The position numbers were made by a program, and so were the translations under genes. From Tubulanus polymorphus (lineage: Eukaryota; Animalia; Nemertea), in NCBI RefSeq assembly GCF_964204645.1, contig NC_134029.1, forward strand, positions 22,252,950-22,316,949: a stretch of 64,000 nt of DNA. Reading direction: 5' to 3'. Position 1 is the first letter of the stretch. Each line of letters starts with the position of its first letter. The notes below the pieces were generated by a model, which did not search any database, had not been told where the DNA came from, and saw only the letters and a list, made by a program, of their open reading frames with translations. Below, in pieces: positions 44,601-57,206 of the stretch.

Positions 44601-45341
44601 TTGTATGGATATTGACGGGGGGATTTTTCTCATTGCAGTAGTTTCGAAGCTTCTGACGAAGACGACATTCCTACTGAGCTTCCTGAAGTCACATCCGGGT
44701 ATTTCTCTGGCCGGAAACGCAAACTAGAGAAGGAGGATTCCGGTATATATAGCGTGTCGTTTAAGAGCAACCGTAGCAACGTCATATCGACAATGGAGTC
44801 GAGCTTCTCGATCGACGAGGAGACCGAGGTTACTGAAATTGAAGGATTAAGCGAAGAGTACGAACGACGTTATCTACATTGTAGTACAGAGGCGCATAGT
44901 CGAGACAATCATTCTGTATACCGTCCTAGAAGGCAGTCGCGACACGACGGAACACATCCCGAACGACAATCGCTTCTCAGAAACTGTGACTTATCACCGA
45001 ACGACGACGAATATTCGTCGATATTCGTGCATAAAGAGCGCAGTAACAGCGATCTGAACGAGATTGAAATGCAGGAGTTTAATACCAATACCAAAACGTT
45101 CATACCCGGTACATCTATGCAAAAATCTTACTCGGACAATCAGGGTGCGAGACGGATAGGTGGCTGGGGTGTGACACCGATTGTGAAGGTCACCCCGCCG
45201 CAAGAGGAAATCGATCGCAGACGCACTATACGTAAAAGTCATAGCAATTACGAACAAAGACGAATACAACAGGAATTCCTGAAAATAAAACGACAACTCA
45301 AGTCGCTCAGCGACATCAAATGCGAAGTGGCGGAAGTATGA
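11798..45341 (+). CDS. GABA-B-R3: GABA-B receptor subunit, invertebrate R3 type (class C GPCR), 17 coding exons, ~1425 aa
   Basis: Hand-spliced exons, all GT-AG and phase-consistent: 11798-13153, 33002-33142, 33295-33465, 34521-34634, 36017-36082, 36802-36990, 37199-37420, 37881-37941, 40327-40419, 40650-40800, 41379-41511, 41591-41707, 42537-42659, 42801-43136, 43323-43478, 44269-44414, 44639-45341 (4278 nt). Venus-flytrap motifs: IYIGGLFE, LPGYYLKMLFNDTQCDNGVG, SYAATNPALSSRDKYPTFFR, DARIIIGSF, AYDTIW. 7TM motifs: [64 protein letters not shown]. The post-TM7 NTRRFAVDEKRELYYRAEVQNRVYKREL coiled coil resembles Drosophila GABA-B-R3 as I recall it. Confidence 0.93.
15212..15450. repeat. Long inverted repeat (113-bp arms, 13-nt loop) with hammerhead-like core; possible Penelope-like pLTR remnant
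   Basis: Arms 15212-15324 and 15338-15450 are near-perfect reverse complements. The centre reads ctgacgatgacgat-gatctc-tagtgt-gagatc-gaaacgtcg. Confidence 0.8.
17790..17880. repeat. (GAAA)/(GAAT)n tetranucleotide microsatellite
   Basis: About 20 GAAT units with GAAA/TAAA variants. Confidence 0.95.
19621..19715. repeat. (TATTCG)15 hexanucleotide microsatellite
   Basis: 15 perfect units plus a partial unit. Confidence 0.97.
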
Positions 45342-47082
45342 CGTCAGGATGATTACGTCCCGCTATTTCGCGTCGTGCTGTAGACGAATTTCTTCGATAA
45401 AATTTATAATTTGATTATAAGATTCACGCGTTATTTTTCTACAAAAAATAGATAAATAGAATTGAATCTAAAACGGAAAAGACGTACTGAACTGCAGACG
45501 CAATCGAATCGTTTTATATCGCTTTGCTATGGATGATTTTGTTGTGTCATGACTAAAAACGTGTATTTCAATGTTTGTAATGTAAACCACAGTGCTGGCG
45601 TTGTCTACGTCTCCTAAATGATGTTGAACGATGTTTTGAATTTTTATCACATATTGAATAGAATTATTTTCTAAGTCGTTGTTGAATAACATTAAGATAT
45701 AACAAGCTTCCCTTGTAATGGTTGTAAAATGATATATCGATATGAAATCAGTTCCCACTATTTTCCTCTCTGTCGTTAGTACAGGAATCATAATTCGTGC
45801 AGTTCAAGTTCGACCAGTTCTATTTTTGTTCGTTCACTCGACATTTTTATTTCATGTATATATAAATATATACCATAGGAATATCATGATATTGATGAAT
45901 GTGTATCATCTCGTATATGTTCGGAGCCCTTCTGTGGTAGCTAAAGCTTTTGCAAAAATGTGATAAAACAGAATATTCTTCTAAATCTATCCGAAAGGTT
46001 TTCAATAGCTCGGAGGTATATTGACTCACAGTACCGGCGTATTGGCACCATTTCCACGATCGCAGAGAGACAACGCCCACAGTTATCAGAAATATTCTTA
46101 AAAATAGGCACAATAGGCATAAATACATGTATCTATAATTCACTCGTAATAAAAACCACAAGTCGGTCTTCCTTAATTGAAAAGAAAACACGATATATTG
46201 AAGTCATTTGACATTTTTGATAGGATTGTCCCATGACAGTTAAATATAGTTTCAATGTGTACGAAATATGGTCATTTCTATCGAACATTTCTACGCTACG
46301 GAAAAGAATATCATAAAATTGTTTATGCGTTCAATTCATAAACGTGAAAAGTGTGCCAAAAATGATTTTCGTGTATGAGGAAATATTGTCTCTTATCGAT
46401 TAAGAGATTTGAGCTTAGATAAAATTTTGATGTGAATCCAACCGAAAATTGTGTCTTTTTATATTTACTGAATAATTTGAATAAAAACGTATTTTGTATG
46501 TTGTGATGGTATTATATATGAAAGACTAATAAATAATTTGTTACTTGAAAACAAAATCTAGTTATTTCTTGTATTTCGATTACTCTTCTTAATACCACGG
46601 TATTCCGACGATGACCGCAAGAAATATAACAAACATTTTACTGTTCTATTTACGAAGTGTATTTCTAGATATATCCACTATTCTATATTAATATAATCAG
46701 TGTACTTCGGCACTGCTTGTTAGATAGGGCTGCCGAGTTGTTTCGCCAAAACTAGTCTTTAATTGATTAGAATCGATTATACTAAATCAGAAACGCTTGC
46801 ATTCGCAATATTTAAGTGACCCAAATGTTATCATCTCTAGGCAAGTCGATCGGTTTATCAGGTCATAGACTTTAACCAAAAATCCACACTCATACAGAGA
46901 TCCATAGATATCATATATAAATATATATACATATATTTGGTATTGGAAGTTATTATACAAGTTATGAACGTTCATCTTCAAATCCTCGGTGACATGACTG
47001 GTGATTCTAGTGATATTTCCACGGTAGATCACCCGTATAGGTGACATCACAGGTGGCTGAAGCGGGGACACCATTTGAAAAA

Positions 47083-50000
47083 ATGGTTTCCAAATACCCT
47101 CGTGAACCAGAGGTGGTTGAACTTGGGGAGGATGATGATGAAATGATAGTAAGTAAGATAAACAAAATTTTATGCTATTCTGATAACCAGTTCGATATTT
47201 CCTTCAGTCTCGTCTGTAGATCTTACCCATCTATTCTGCTGTATATAAAGTACTCAATATAAAGACGAAACGCTGTGAGCAATGTTTATTTCAATATCAT
47301 TCCATTTAGACCATTTATGGTTATCTACCGATGAGATGTTATCATTTTCTGTACTGGCTCTCGGCTATCCTAACTATTGGTCTTCTGCAAGCTGCTTTTG
47401 TTTGGAGACCGCAACTGCAAATATACCTCTTATATCGTGCGTGTCCACTATCGGAGGCCACACGAATTCTGGTCAAGGTAATGAAAAATAACACAAATCC
47501 TACCCTGAATCTCACACCTGAAGATGATCTCTAGGGTGAGATTGAAACGTCGTGTATTCTAGAATCAATTCTCGATCTTATAACACCTTTAATTTGTACA
47601 TAGTGGGTTTTTATCGTACAAACCTTACGTATATTGTTTTTTGTTATCGGATCAAATGAATGAATTTTAGAAAGTTGACTATTCGTTCCTAGGATTATTT
47701 TGGCCAAATCTGCGTAGAATCTGTGGAAACAGTTACTATTCCGAGCTACCGCGAAAATAAACCGTCGACCGTATTGCGTAGGTTTTACAACAGGAATGTG
47801 TACTACATATTCGACGACGACAAACAGCGTTACGAAAGACTGAGGTAGAACTGAAATTGTTCTAATCCTTTTTCTAATCATTCTGTAAATATTCAATCGA
47901 CACCACTTTCATCAATTGCATTTTTGGTATACAGGGCGTTTACATTGGATACGACATGCGGCTATTTTCATAACCAATGCAAAGGTTGGACTCCGAGAGA
48001 ACGAGAAATTAAGAAAATCCTGTATAAACCGAATATCATTGAAATCGAAGAGAGGCCGATTCATCATTTAGTTGTATATGAGGTACGCGGGAGGTTTTCG
48101 TGAGAGGTTTAGGAGAACCATAAAATAAAATAGCTTCTCTTGAATCGGCTACAAAATTGATATCTTGTTTCTCCTGAGCTGAGCTTAGAAATTGACCCGG
48201 CCGGCTGCCCATCTGCCCTTTGCATTACTCCTTTAAAAGTCGTTATCAAGCTAACCATAACAGACTTGGTAACTATGGAAAAGAACTGATTACATATTTT
48301 ATTGCGGTAATGACCTGGTCGATTAGGAGAAACGAGGGATCATTTTTAGCCAAAGATTATATATAAGAGTTGAGGTAAACAAACCATTTATGGATTTGTT
48401 TCAGGCATTGAATCCTATATACGCGTTTTGTACTTACGCCCTGATCGTCTGGTGTGCTCAAAATTATGTTTTGTATTCGGGATGTATTTTCTGTATGGCT
48501 GTTATTTCTGTGAGTCTATCGGTTTGGGAGACGAGGAAACAAACGAAAACGCTTCGGAGAAAGGTCGTGTCACAACGTCCGGTTACAGTAGTAAACAGAA
48601 ACGGAGGTTAGTATGGACGGGTTTTACGCACTGCGCAATATTTAGTAGAACGTTTCTTCTTAGAACCGAGAACTTGGGAGAAAATACCACAATCCTACCT
48701 ACAATATAACTTTTCAGCCGAAGAAGAAGTTTCCTCAGCGGACTTGGTACCCGGGGATATCATAATCATACCACAAACGGGAGCGGTGATGGAATGCGAT
48801 GCTGTACTTCTAAACGGCTCGTGCGTTGTCAATGAAAGCATGCTCACAGGTAGAAACGAAGACCAATCATACTGGCGTCCGAAATTGATAGCGCAGTCAA
48901 CAAAAATCCTGTCGTCTTTCCAAGAAAGCCGACGACTGTCTCGAAAGTTTCCCGCCGACATCTATTAAGACCCTTTACTAGAGGTTATTGCTTCTCGTCT
49001 AATATGTAAAAGGCAGTCTTTGATTTCCTGTGGGTGTTGGTGGTACAAGCAACGCTTTGACACCATGTGGCACTTCGCCCATGTTTCCCGTTTGCGATTA
49101 ACATTGCGTCGTTGTCTGTTCTCCCTGTGGTCACCAGCGACACGATCAGTCGCTGGGTGTTTAACTCGACGTTCCTACAGATACACGTTTAATATATTTA
49201 GGCTCTAACTTCTTTATTGATGAATAATTGCCACCTTCTTGAGTGGGAGAGACTTCTCTAGATCTGTTTCATGTTGCAAATGCCCATGCAATGATTTTCA
49301 AACAGGCTTACCTCCCCGACGGCCACCAACTGATGGTAAACAAAAATAAAATGAAATTGAAATTCTTAATTCTTACAGGAGAAAGCGTCCCTATTAGGAA
49401 AACGCCTGTAGCCAATGACCTTACGGTCTACTCATCTGTTAAACACAAATGCAACACATTATTTTGTGGAACTCAGATTTTGCAAGCCAATGGCAAAGGA
49501 GTTGTAAAAGCTTTAGTCCTGCGTACAGGTTAGTGATAGCTATTCATATCTGAAACTGATGTAATTATGATTTTTTTTCGAATGTTACATTAGTAACGTA
49601 GAAAGTTCTGGCCACAAATGAATTTCGAAGACACCTTCAAAATGTATTCTAACTACATGACATTCGTTCTAGGATTTGCAACAGCCAAAGGGGAATTAGT
49701 TCGTAGCATTCTGTTCCCGAAACCAGTCGACATTAAATTCTATGAGGATACAATAAAAGTGCTAGGCATTTCACTAGTTATCGGAGCTATTGGATCCATA
49801 TATACAGCGATCGTGTTGCACTTCAAAGGGGTTTGTATCCTTTCTTAGAAACTGATCGTTCTCAGAAGTATTGAATATTTGCAGATAGGTCTATACGGAT
49901 AAATGAATTAGGATGTGTGCTAAATCAACTGACTTCGAAACTAAATTACGTAACGATTTTTACCAACGTCGGCTACCTTTAATCGTTCCATCTGTGGTTC

Positions 50001-53000
50001 TACGTTTGCTTTCGGAAAAAGAAACTAAAACCCGCTTTATCACTTAAGAAAATCAACACGATTATTTTCCAAGCCTATTATTTCATAAGAAGATCAACAT
50101 TGTTAGGTATTTCTCCGTTATAGGCATCGTCAGAAAATATTATGTGGAATGCTTTGGACATCTTCACGTTCACGATACCCGTAGCTTTACCTACCGCGAT
50201 GACTATAGGCAATGCGTACGCTCAAGGTCGATTGAAGGAAGAGGAGATTTATTGTTTGAGCCTAAAATATATTAACTTTTGCGGTTCACTCGACGTTGTT
50301 TGTTTTGACAAGGTATGTGTACTGTACATAACTGTACAATCACAATTAACCCTCAAATCATTCATATTCAATAGATTTTAACATTTTTCTCTGTATCACG
50401 AATTCTATGTATATAATCTACTTTTTTTTTCATTTTGCAGACCGGGACATTAACGAACGAAGGATTAACACTTTGGGGCGTCAGTAGCGTCGAATACCAG
50501 AGGTAGAGCTTCCAGGCATTCTCATATTTTCCATAGAAATTTCAAATTTGCTCCAGCTCTTCTCAGAATTAATTCCACGTGTCTGAAACTCGTGCCTTTG
50601 TAGGTTTCATCTGAATCAAGACCCTAGTTCGCTACCGGTGTCGCCTTTTACGATCGGAATGGCGACGTGTCATTCGTTAGCGAAGATAGATGGCGAGGTA
50701 GTCGGTTATCCACTTGATCTAGTGATTTTCCAGTCAACGAAATGGGTAAGGGCTAAACCTTCTAATCAATTTCCATTAGAAACTTTTAGAATTTAACAAA
50801 GCCCGAAGGCGAAATGGGAAGAGTGGTAAATTGTTATTTCATTTTTGTTTAATGTCCTGTTTTTTAAGGAATTTTTTGACCACGACATGGAAGGCGGATT
50901 ATCCGTTGTCTCGCCCAGAGATGACACAATGAAACACGTAAGTCGAAGTGCAATTGACTAGAAAACCTAAACATAAGAATATCGAATAGAATGTAACTGC
51001 TATCCTTAAATAATTCCAGCGATATGCTATTGTAAAGCAATACACATTTTCATCTGCACTGCAATGTATGACAGTCGTTGTTGAAAACTTAGCGGAATCG
51101 GGCGCTTATTTTACTTTCACAAAAGGTTCACCAGAGAAATTAAAATCCATATGTTTACCAGAAACAGGTTGGAAAATTGAATCTGCAACAAAACTCAATA
51201 CAACTTATCAAACACCAAATTTACTTCAACATACATATTTTCCAGTGCCGACAAACTTCGATGCTGTTCTGCAGGCATACACGCGACAAGGCTTCCGTGT
51301 AATAGCCCTCGCATTCCGTCCACTCTTACAAACAGAAGTTTATTCACTCCAAGCTGAAAATCGGTAACAATCTTAAGAATTTAGATTCTGTACTCTCCAG
51401 TAATATGTCCTTAAGACCATGGTCGCCACCAGAGGGGGCTAAGGGGTCGGAGATGCGGACGACCCCCATTTCTAAATCCAAGTTCCGCATTTTCATGAGT
51501 TCCAAATTTCATTTTTTCATATTCCGGAAATTTCATGAATATTTTGAAGGTCCAGAAACCGCCCTTCACAAGCTTTCAAAAATTAAAACTATTTAAGAAC
51601 ATTCAAGCAATTTCAAGGATTCAGAAATGCTCGTTTGCCATCGGCGCTCTGCGGAGACGGTGCAAAGTATTGCATGTAGTTCTGCTTCTGTATTAATTCT
51701 AACTGGAATGGATAAAACCAATGAATGGATAAAACCAGTATCAATGACCAACCCCAGTATCCCAGTATAATGAAAAGAAAAACTTTTTCGTATTTTAGGT
51801 GTAGCTTAGAATCAAACCTTACGTTTCTGGGAATTATAATTTTGAAGAACACATTGAAACCAGAAACAATTCCAGCTCTTGAAAAATTAACAAATGCTGA
51901 TATCAGAACGGTGATGGTTACAGGTAATCTGATTCTACGCGTGAGGCATAATTTCTCTTTTGCCATTTCTTATTATTTTTTTTTGTGGATTATATATATA
52001 TTTCCAGGGGATAATTTGTTGACCGCTCTAAAAGTTGGGCACGACTGTAACATTCTGAAACCTGACCGCGATACGTACGTCGTCAATACAACTAAACATA
52101 AAGATAAACTGATCTTATCTTATCAACAACTGGAAGGCGATAACAGCTCGACCCAGGTTCAAATATTTTCAAACGTATATCAAATCATTAAGCTTCAAAA
52201 CAATGGATAAATATTGAATACAGATAGAAAAATTGTAGCATTTGGTTAAATTCTCACGAGTGCGAATTGCAAAATAATCTCCACGCGACGAGCTGTTTAA
52301 AGATTCTACGGAATGTGTTATACATGCGTCTTCGTGCATCTGTTTTCAGGGCGCTGAAAATTTTCCTATACCGGATACAACTCGCGATTTTCAGTTGGCG
52401 ATTGATGGCAAAAACTTCGCTCTTATCCACGCATACGATTCGGAATTACTTCAGAAGGTAGTGTCGTAATTATAAAGAATCTTGTATTGTATTTCCCCGG
52501 CTAGTTATGGAATTGAATGAATTTTCTTTCAGATTGTACTGAAAGGTGCAATTTTCGCGCGGATGTTGCCTGAACAGAAGGTACAACTAGTTGAGGCCCT
52601 ACAGGGCATTGGGTCAGTACTCACTACGGTTCATTTTCAACTATAAATACGTTACTGAAATTGTATTTAAGTTTGCACGCTCCTGCAGGTGCATACAATA
52701 TAGTCAGAATTACCTAATTCATTTGCTTGCAAAATTTCTATTTGTTTATCTTTCGGATTCAGTACATATGCAACAAAAGCTACAAATCGATTTCTATGAA
52801 ATGACTAACTCGATTTGAATGTCGAATTTTAGATACTCGGTAGGTATGTGCGGCGATGGAGCCAACGATTGCGGAGCTCTGAAAACGGCTAATGCTGGCA
52901 TATCCCTGAGCGTCGCCGAGGCTTCCGTGGCATCTCCATTTACATCGAAGAAAACCAACATATCTTGCGTTCCGAAATTGATCAGGTTTGAACGATAGTT

Positions 53001-56000
53001 CGATATAATTAGTATCTATTCGCTATATCTCTCATATCGGGACACAGTTAACGTTATATCTTTTTCAGAGAAGGCCGTTGCGCTCTTGTGACAGCGTTTG
53101 GTGTTTTCAAACATCTGCTAGCAACACACTGGCTCTATTTCACCCTGGCGCTGTTACTGTTTTGGGTAGTTTGAATCGAAATTGTAATTCTTCAACGTTT
53201 TCTTCCGACCAATATGTCAGATTAGCTCAAGTAAATGACCATACTTTTCAGAATGTTCTGGATTTCTACGATAGTCAGTACGTGTTCATGGATCTGGCGT
53301 GTTTGATCTTCCCGACAATATTTTGTTAGTATTTTCAACAGTATTCGAAGATGAATCATGAACTGTGAAAATCTTCTGATGAAGTTGGTTTCAAGTTCTG
53401 ATAATGCCCATTTAGTTTTTTCTTCATATTGTGGGTTTTTACTTCAAATCTTCTGATAAAATCAAATTGTTCATATATTACAGTTGGAAATGTAGCGGCC
53501 TACGCGAAACTAGTGCCCCGCCAACCACCTACATCACTGTTCAGTTTCCACTCTCTTTTCTCCGTTCTCTCTTTTCTCATACTCAACACGGCATTTGCAG
53601 TCGGACTTTTGAAACTCATCGAAATTCAGCCTTGGTAAGATTTATCAACTGTCACGCCGTAATCACTGCATTCAGGCCGTAGAAGATATACGTTTTTGTT
53701 ATTTGTTCGTCTTTCGTAGGTATATGCCTTTTGAATACAAAAGGGAGGACGAGTTGAACTTCGAAAGTTATGACAACACGGCGGTATATTTGTATGGTTG
53801 TTTTTCATTCGCTTGTTCCGTCATTTCGTTTTCCTGGGGAGCGCCATACCGTCAACCACTTTACAAATACAGTACGTTACTTTCAACAAGTCTTCCTTGT
53901 AATATGATAAATCCTACAAGGCGAATTCACGAGTAGTTAGTTATACGTTTAAGATCTGTCCGTTCTAAAATTTCGTATTAAATGATGATTTAAATCAAAC
54001 AGCCATCAAAACTAACCCAATCAGTTGCTTGCCAGTTCGGGCTGGTTAGAAGATTGTTTGATGAACCGAATTATCTCAACTTCGTTTTAAACAGAAAATT
54101 CTGTAAATTTTACCGCCGATCACACAACGCTATATCTGTACTTCGATTATCGATTTCAAAATCAAACCCCTGGTTCCGCTTCCGGCAGGTGAGGTAGGTT
54201 TGGAAAGGACAACAAATCAAATCAAATCGGAGCAAATATACCAATCAAATCAAGGGTCATTCCCGATTTTAAGATACAAAGGAAAATCTGCACGGTATAC
54301 AGTAAACAGCCTTCTCGATATCGAGTTCCAAAAGATTTTAGACTACTCTGTATTTGTTTTAGATTGTGTACCCTAATCCCCTTACAACAATTCCACCTTT
54401 ATACCGTATACATACTAAAAAATGCATATATTCTAATAATGCATACATTCAATAACTGAATTTATCAATTCATTGTGAAGTATTTCGTATTTTAGAGGTA
54501 TTTCTCGTTGGTATGACGGTCTTGTTTTTCGTCGTGATCGGGCAATTCATCTATCCACCTAATTTCGCTGTATATCTATTCGGGGTATGTAAATCTGACT
54601 TGAAATTAAAAAAAAAAAAAATCACTCAGTCATCTCAACAAAACAAAAAGAAATTCCTGGTACCTGATAGTACCAGGTAGCTCACGAATGAATTCATGAC
54701 TCATAGTGCATTTCACTTTCTTTTTCGTAATGTGCATTCAACGCAATCATAAAAATGAATTGAACAATGTTGACATCGTAAACAGTAATAATAAAGGCAA
54801 CTTTTTTACTTTATTAACAATCTTTCTCACTGATAATGTTTTTTTTTAGATGAAAATGGCCCCATCGCTTATATTCCGATGTATTATGCTACTTTATTGT
54901 TTAGCTGCAAATTTAACCATCATTATTTGGGAGGTAGATTGCATTTCGGCAATATTTTGATAATGAAATTTCATGATACGTTCTGGATTTCTAATAATCG
55001 TACGCTATCTTTGTAGACGTACGTTGTACAAGAGTTTCTATGGAACTTCGTTGTACCGAAGATCATCGCTCGAATTGTCGGACCGGGTACGAAATATGAG
55101 CAGTTACAGCAGCAAATCGACGACGACTCTCAGCAGGAATACCTGTGGTCATCAGCTGATCGTCTGTCGTACAGGTCGAGTCAGCACGCCGAATCAGAGT
55201 TGGTTATTCCGGCCATTAACACCAGTACCGATGAAATCAACCTCCTAATGCCCAGGCATTCTCAACCGAGACTAAGCCTACCGTCCATTATCACGATGCG
55301 GAAACAGCGTCGCAAATCGTTCAATATCTATCGGACTCCGAATATGTTTGTTCCGCCTACGCGTAAAGTCAGATCCGCCGTCGAAGTAAACAATATCGAT
55401 ACGGCGTTCTTTCAGGTTTTTAATTCAGATTCTAGCTTGGATCTGATCTATACCGCGGAAGAAGAGAAATTTATTGATGGTGGTTTGCAGGGTGTATTTA
55501 ATGAATATACGTCGCACATCGACCTGACATTAAGCAACATGAACGGCGGAAGCAAATACGAGTTACCAACTCGTAATAATGAACTCGCTAAGAAATACGG
55601 CCTGGAAATATTCATCGATGATACAGATTCCGCTAAGCGAATGAAAAACTTTCACCAGAATCATAAACAACATGATGAAAAGTCTCAAAATCAGCACGTT
55701 AAGTCATTTCAAAGACAAGATTCTGAGCATTGTCCAAATAGCAATGGCCAGATGGAGATATCTAAACACTCAAACTGCCTACAGTCTGAAGAATATACTC
55801 CCGAATTTTCAGACAATATCGAGTATCTAGAAATGGATGATACTGATTTTTGGGATTCTCGAGTACCGGAAGACCGGCCAGATTCCGGACTGACGAATCG
55901 AACTGAGCGTCGACTGCCTTTACAAATATTACACAAACAAGCGCAGTCAGAAAAACATATCAGACGATCTAGTTTACCCGTATTGATAACTGAAGAGCGT

Positions 56001-56306
56001 TATTCAGAAAACACATCGAAAATTGATTCAATCAATGAAAAAACTGTTTCTCTAAATGAACGTTCTTCGTCTGTGCCGATGATTGCGTCAAATGTGGGAG
56101 GGCTCCAGCAATCATCGTTTTCACCTGCACCGAAACAACATCAATCATTCGCATCATCGTCGTTATCGTCATTATCATCACCTAGTCGAAGTCAGTCGCA
56201 TCGTCATCACAAACGTCATAAGAAATTCAACGCGCAGGCAGTTACAGGAAAAATGAGATCATTGGACAGTCTATACAATAAACACATCCCTGAAATAGAC
56301 GGTTAG
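47083..56306 (+). CDS. P5B-type P-type ATPase (ATP13A2/ATP13A3-like), 26 exons, ~1484 aa
   Basis: Hand-spliced exons: 47083-47148, 47310-47477, 47693-47844, 47935-48082, 48405-48606, 48718-48849, 49379-49528, 49673-49830, 50124-50312, 50441-50502, 50604-50745, 50869-50937, 51020-51167, 51246-51363, 51799-51923, 52008-52156, 52350-52457, 52533-52612, 52833-52985, 53069-53165, 53252-53324, 53484-53634, 53720-53871, 54496-54584, 54850-54933, 55017-56306 (4455 nt, open throughout). Motifs: [101 protein letters not shown]. Confidence 0.93.
54138..54280 (+). repeat. Dispersed repeat family, copy C (ATPase intron 23)
   Basis: gtacttcgattatcgatttcaaaatcaaacccctggttccgcttccggc...accaatcaaatcaagggtcattcccgattttaagat. 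Confidence 0.75.
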
Positions 56307-56971
56307 ACACATCGACCAATCATTGATCAAATTCGGACATTTGAAACAGAATGTTCATGTTCTCTTCGCGTCATCTGGGATATAGAAATTGACCTAAAAT
56401 ACTGAGATCATTCGGAGTTCACGTGCTATCAGTGATTTAGAGACTTTCTTTCAAATCCATGTGATTCATGTAAATAAATACTCTTATTCAAAATATTGCC
56501 TAAAATGCTTTTTTTTCATTTATTTCGTCGACGCGACTATTGTCTAGTTAAATACAGCTGCACTTGAATGTTTATCTTCTGATAATCATCGAGAACGTAT
56601 TTTCATAATTCTTTCTCCATTCAAAACCACAAACATTGCATACATTCAATAAAGGACACAAAATATATGAATAGGAATTGTATAATTCCTGGAAAATGAT
56701 CGAAAGTGTTATTGTTAAGGGATAAACATCTTCAGAATTCAGAAAGTTATCGCAGGTTTATATCCAGTAAATTTTTATGTTTGTTATACTGTCAAACGAT
56801 CCACGGGAGGGGCAAAGAAAGCCACGCCAAACTAGGAAGTTTTATTCAGTTATATCAAAAGGAACGTTTTTTTTTTTAGTAATCTGACATGATTTATTGT
56901 CCTTGCAAATATGTAGTTTAATTGATGAATCTCTTAAGATTTTATGCGTTTTTTGCTGAATGGTGAATATT

Positions 56972-57033
56972 TTGCTCAATGGGGTTTTTTCGATCTGGAA
57001 AACCCACATTCTATTGAGAAAAACTGTATAAAA
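56972..57033 (+). promoter_or_regulatory. Proximal promoter of peptide copy 1: C/EBP-like site, two kB-like sites, TATA box
   Basis: TTGCTCAAT 56972-56980; GGGGTTTTTT 56981-56990; GGAAAACCCA 56997-57006 (reverse TGGGTTTTCC); TATAAAA 57027-57033, ~30 bp upstream of the probable non-coding exon. The block is conserved upstream of copy 2. Confidence 0.55.
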
Positions 57034-57206
57034 CTAGCGAAAATTTGAACATTTTCATAAACAACTGAGATTCCTGAAGCACAGGTCGCAAGAAAATTCA
57101 ACACTTCAACAAATGTAAGTAACAAACTCTCAATGAGACTTTCTTCTAGATTGCAATTTCTTATATATGGATTTATTTTGTTTTCTATTTTTTTTTCTAT
57201 CCGAAG

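Noticed and set aside
51423-51442. CTCF-like motif gccaccagagggggc in an ATPase intron
   Set aside because: One core mismatch, and it lies in repeat-like intronic sequence; unsupported without ChIP data.
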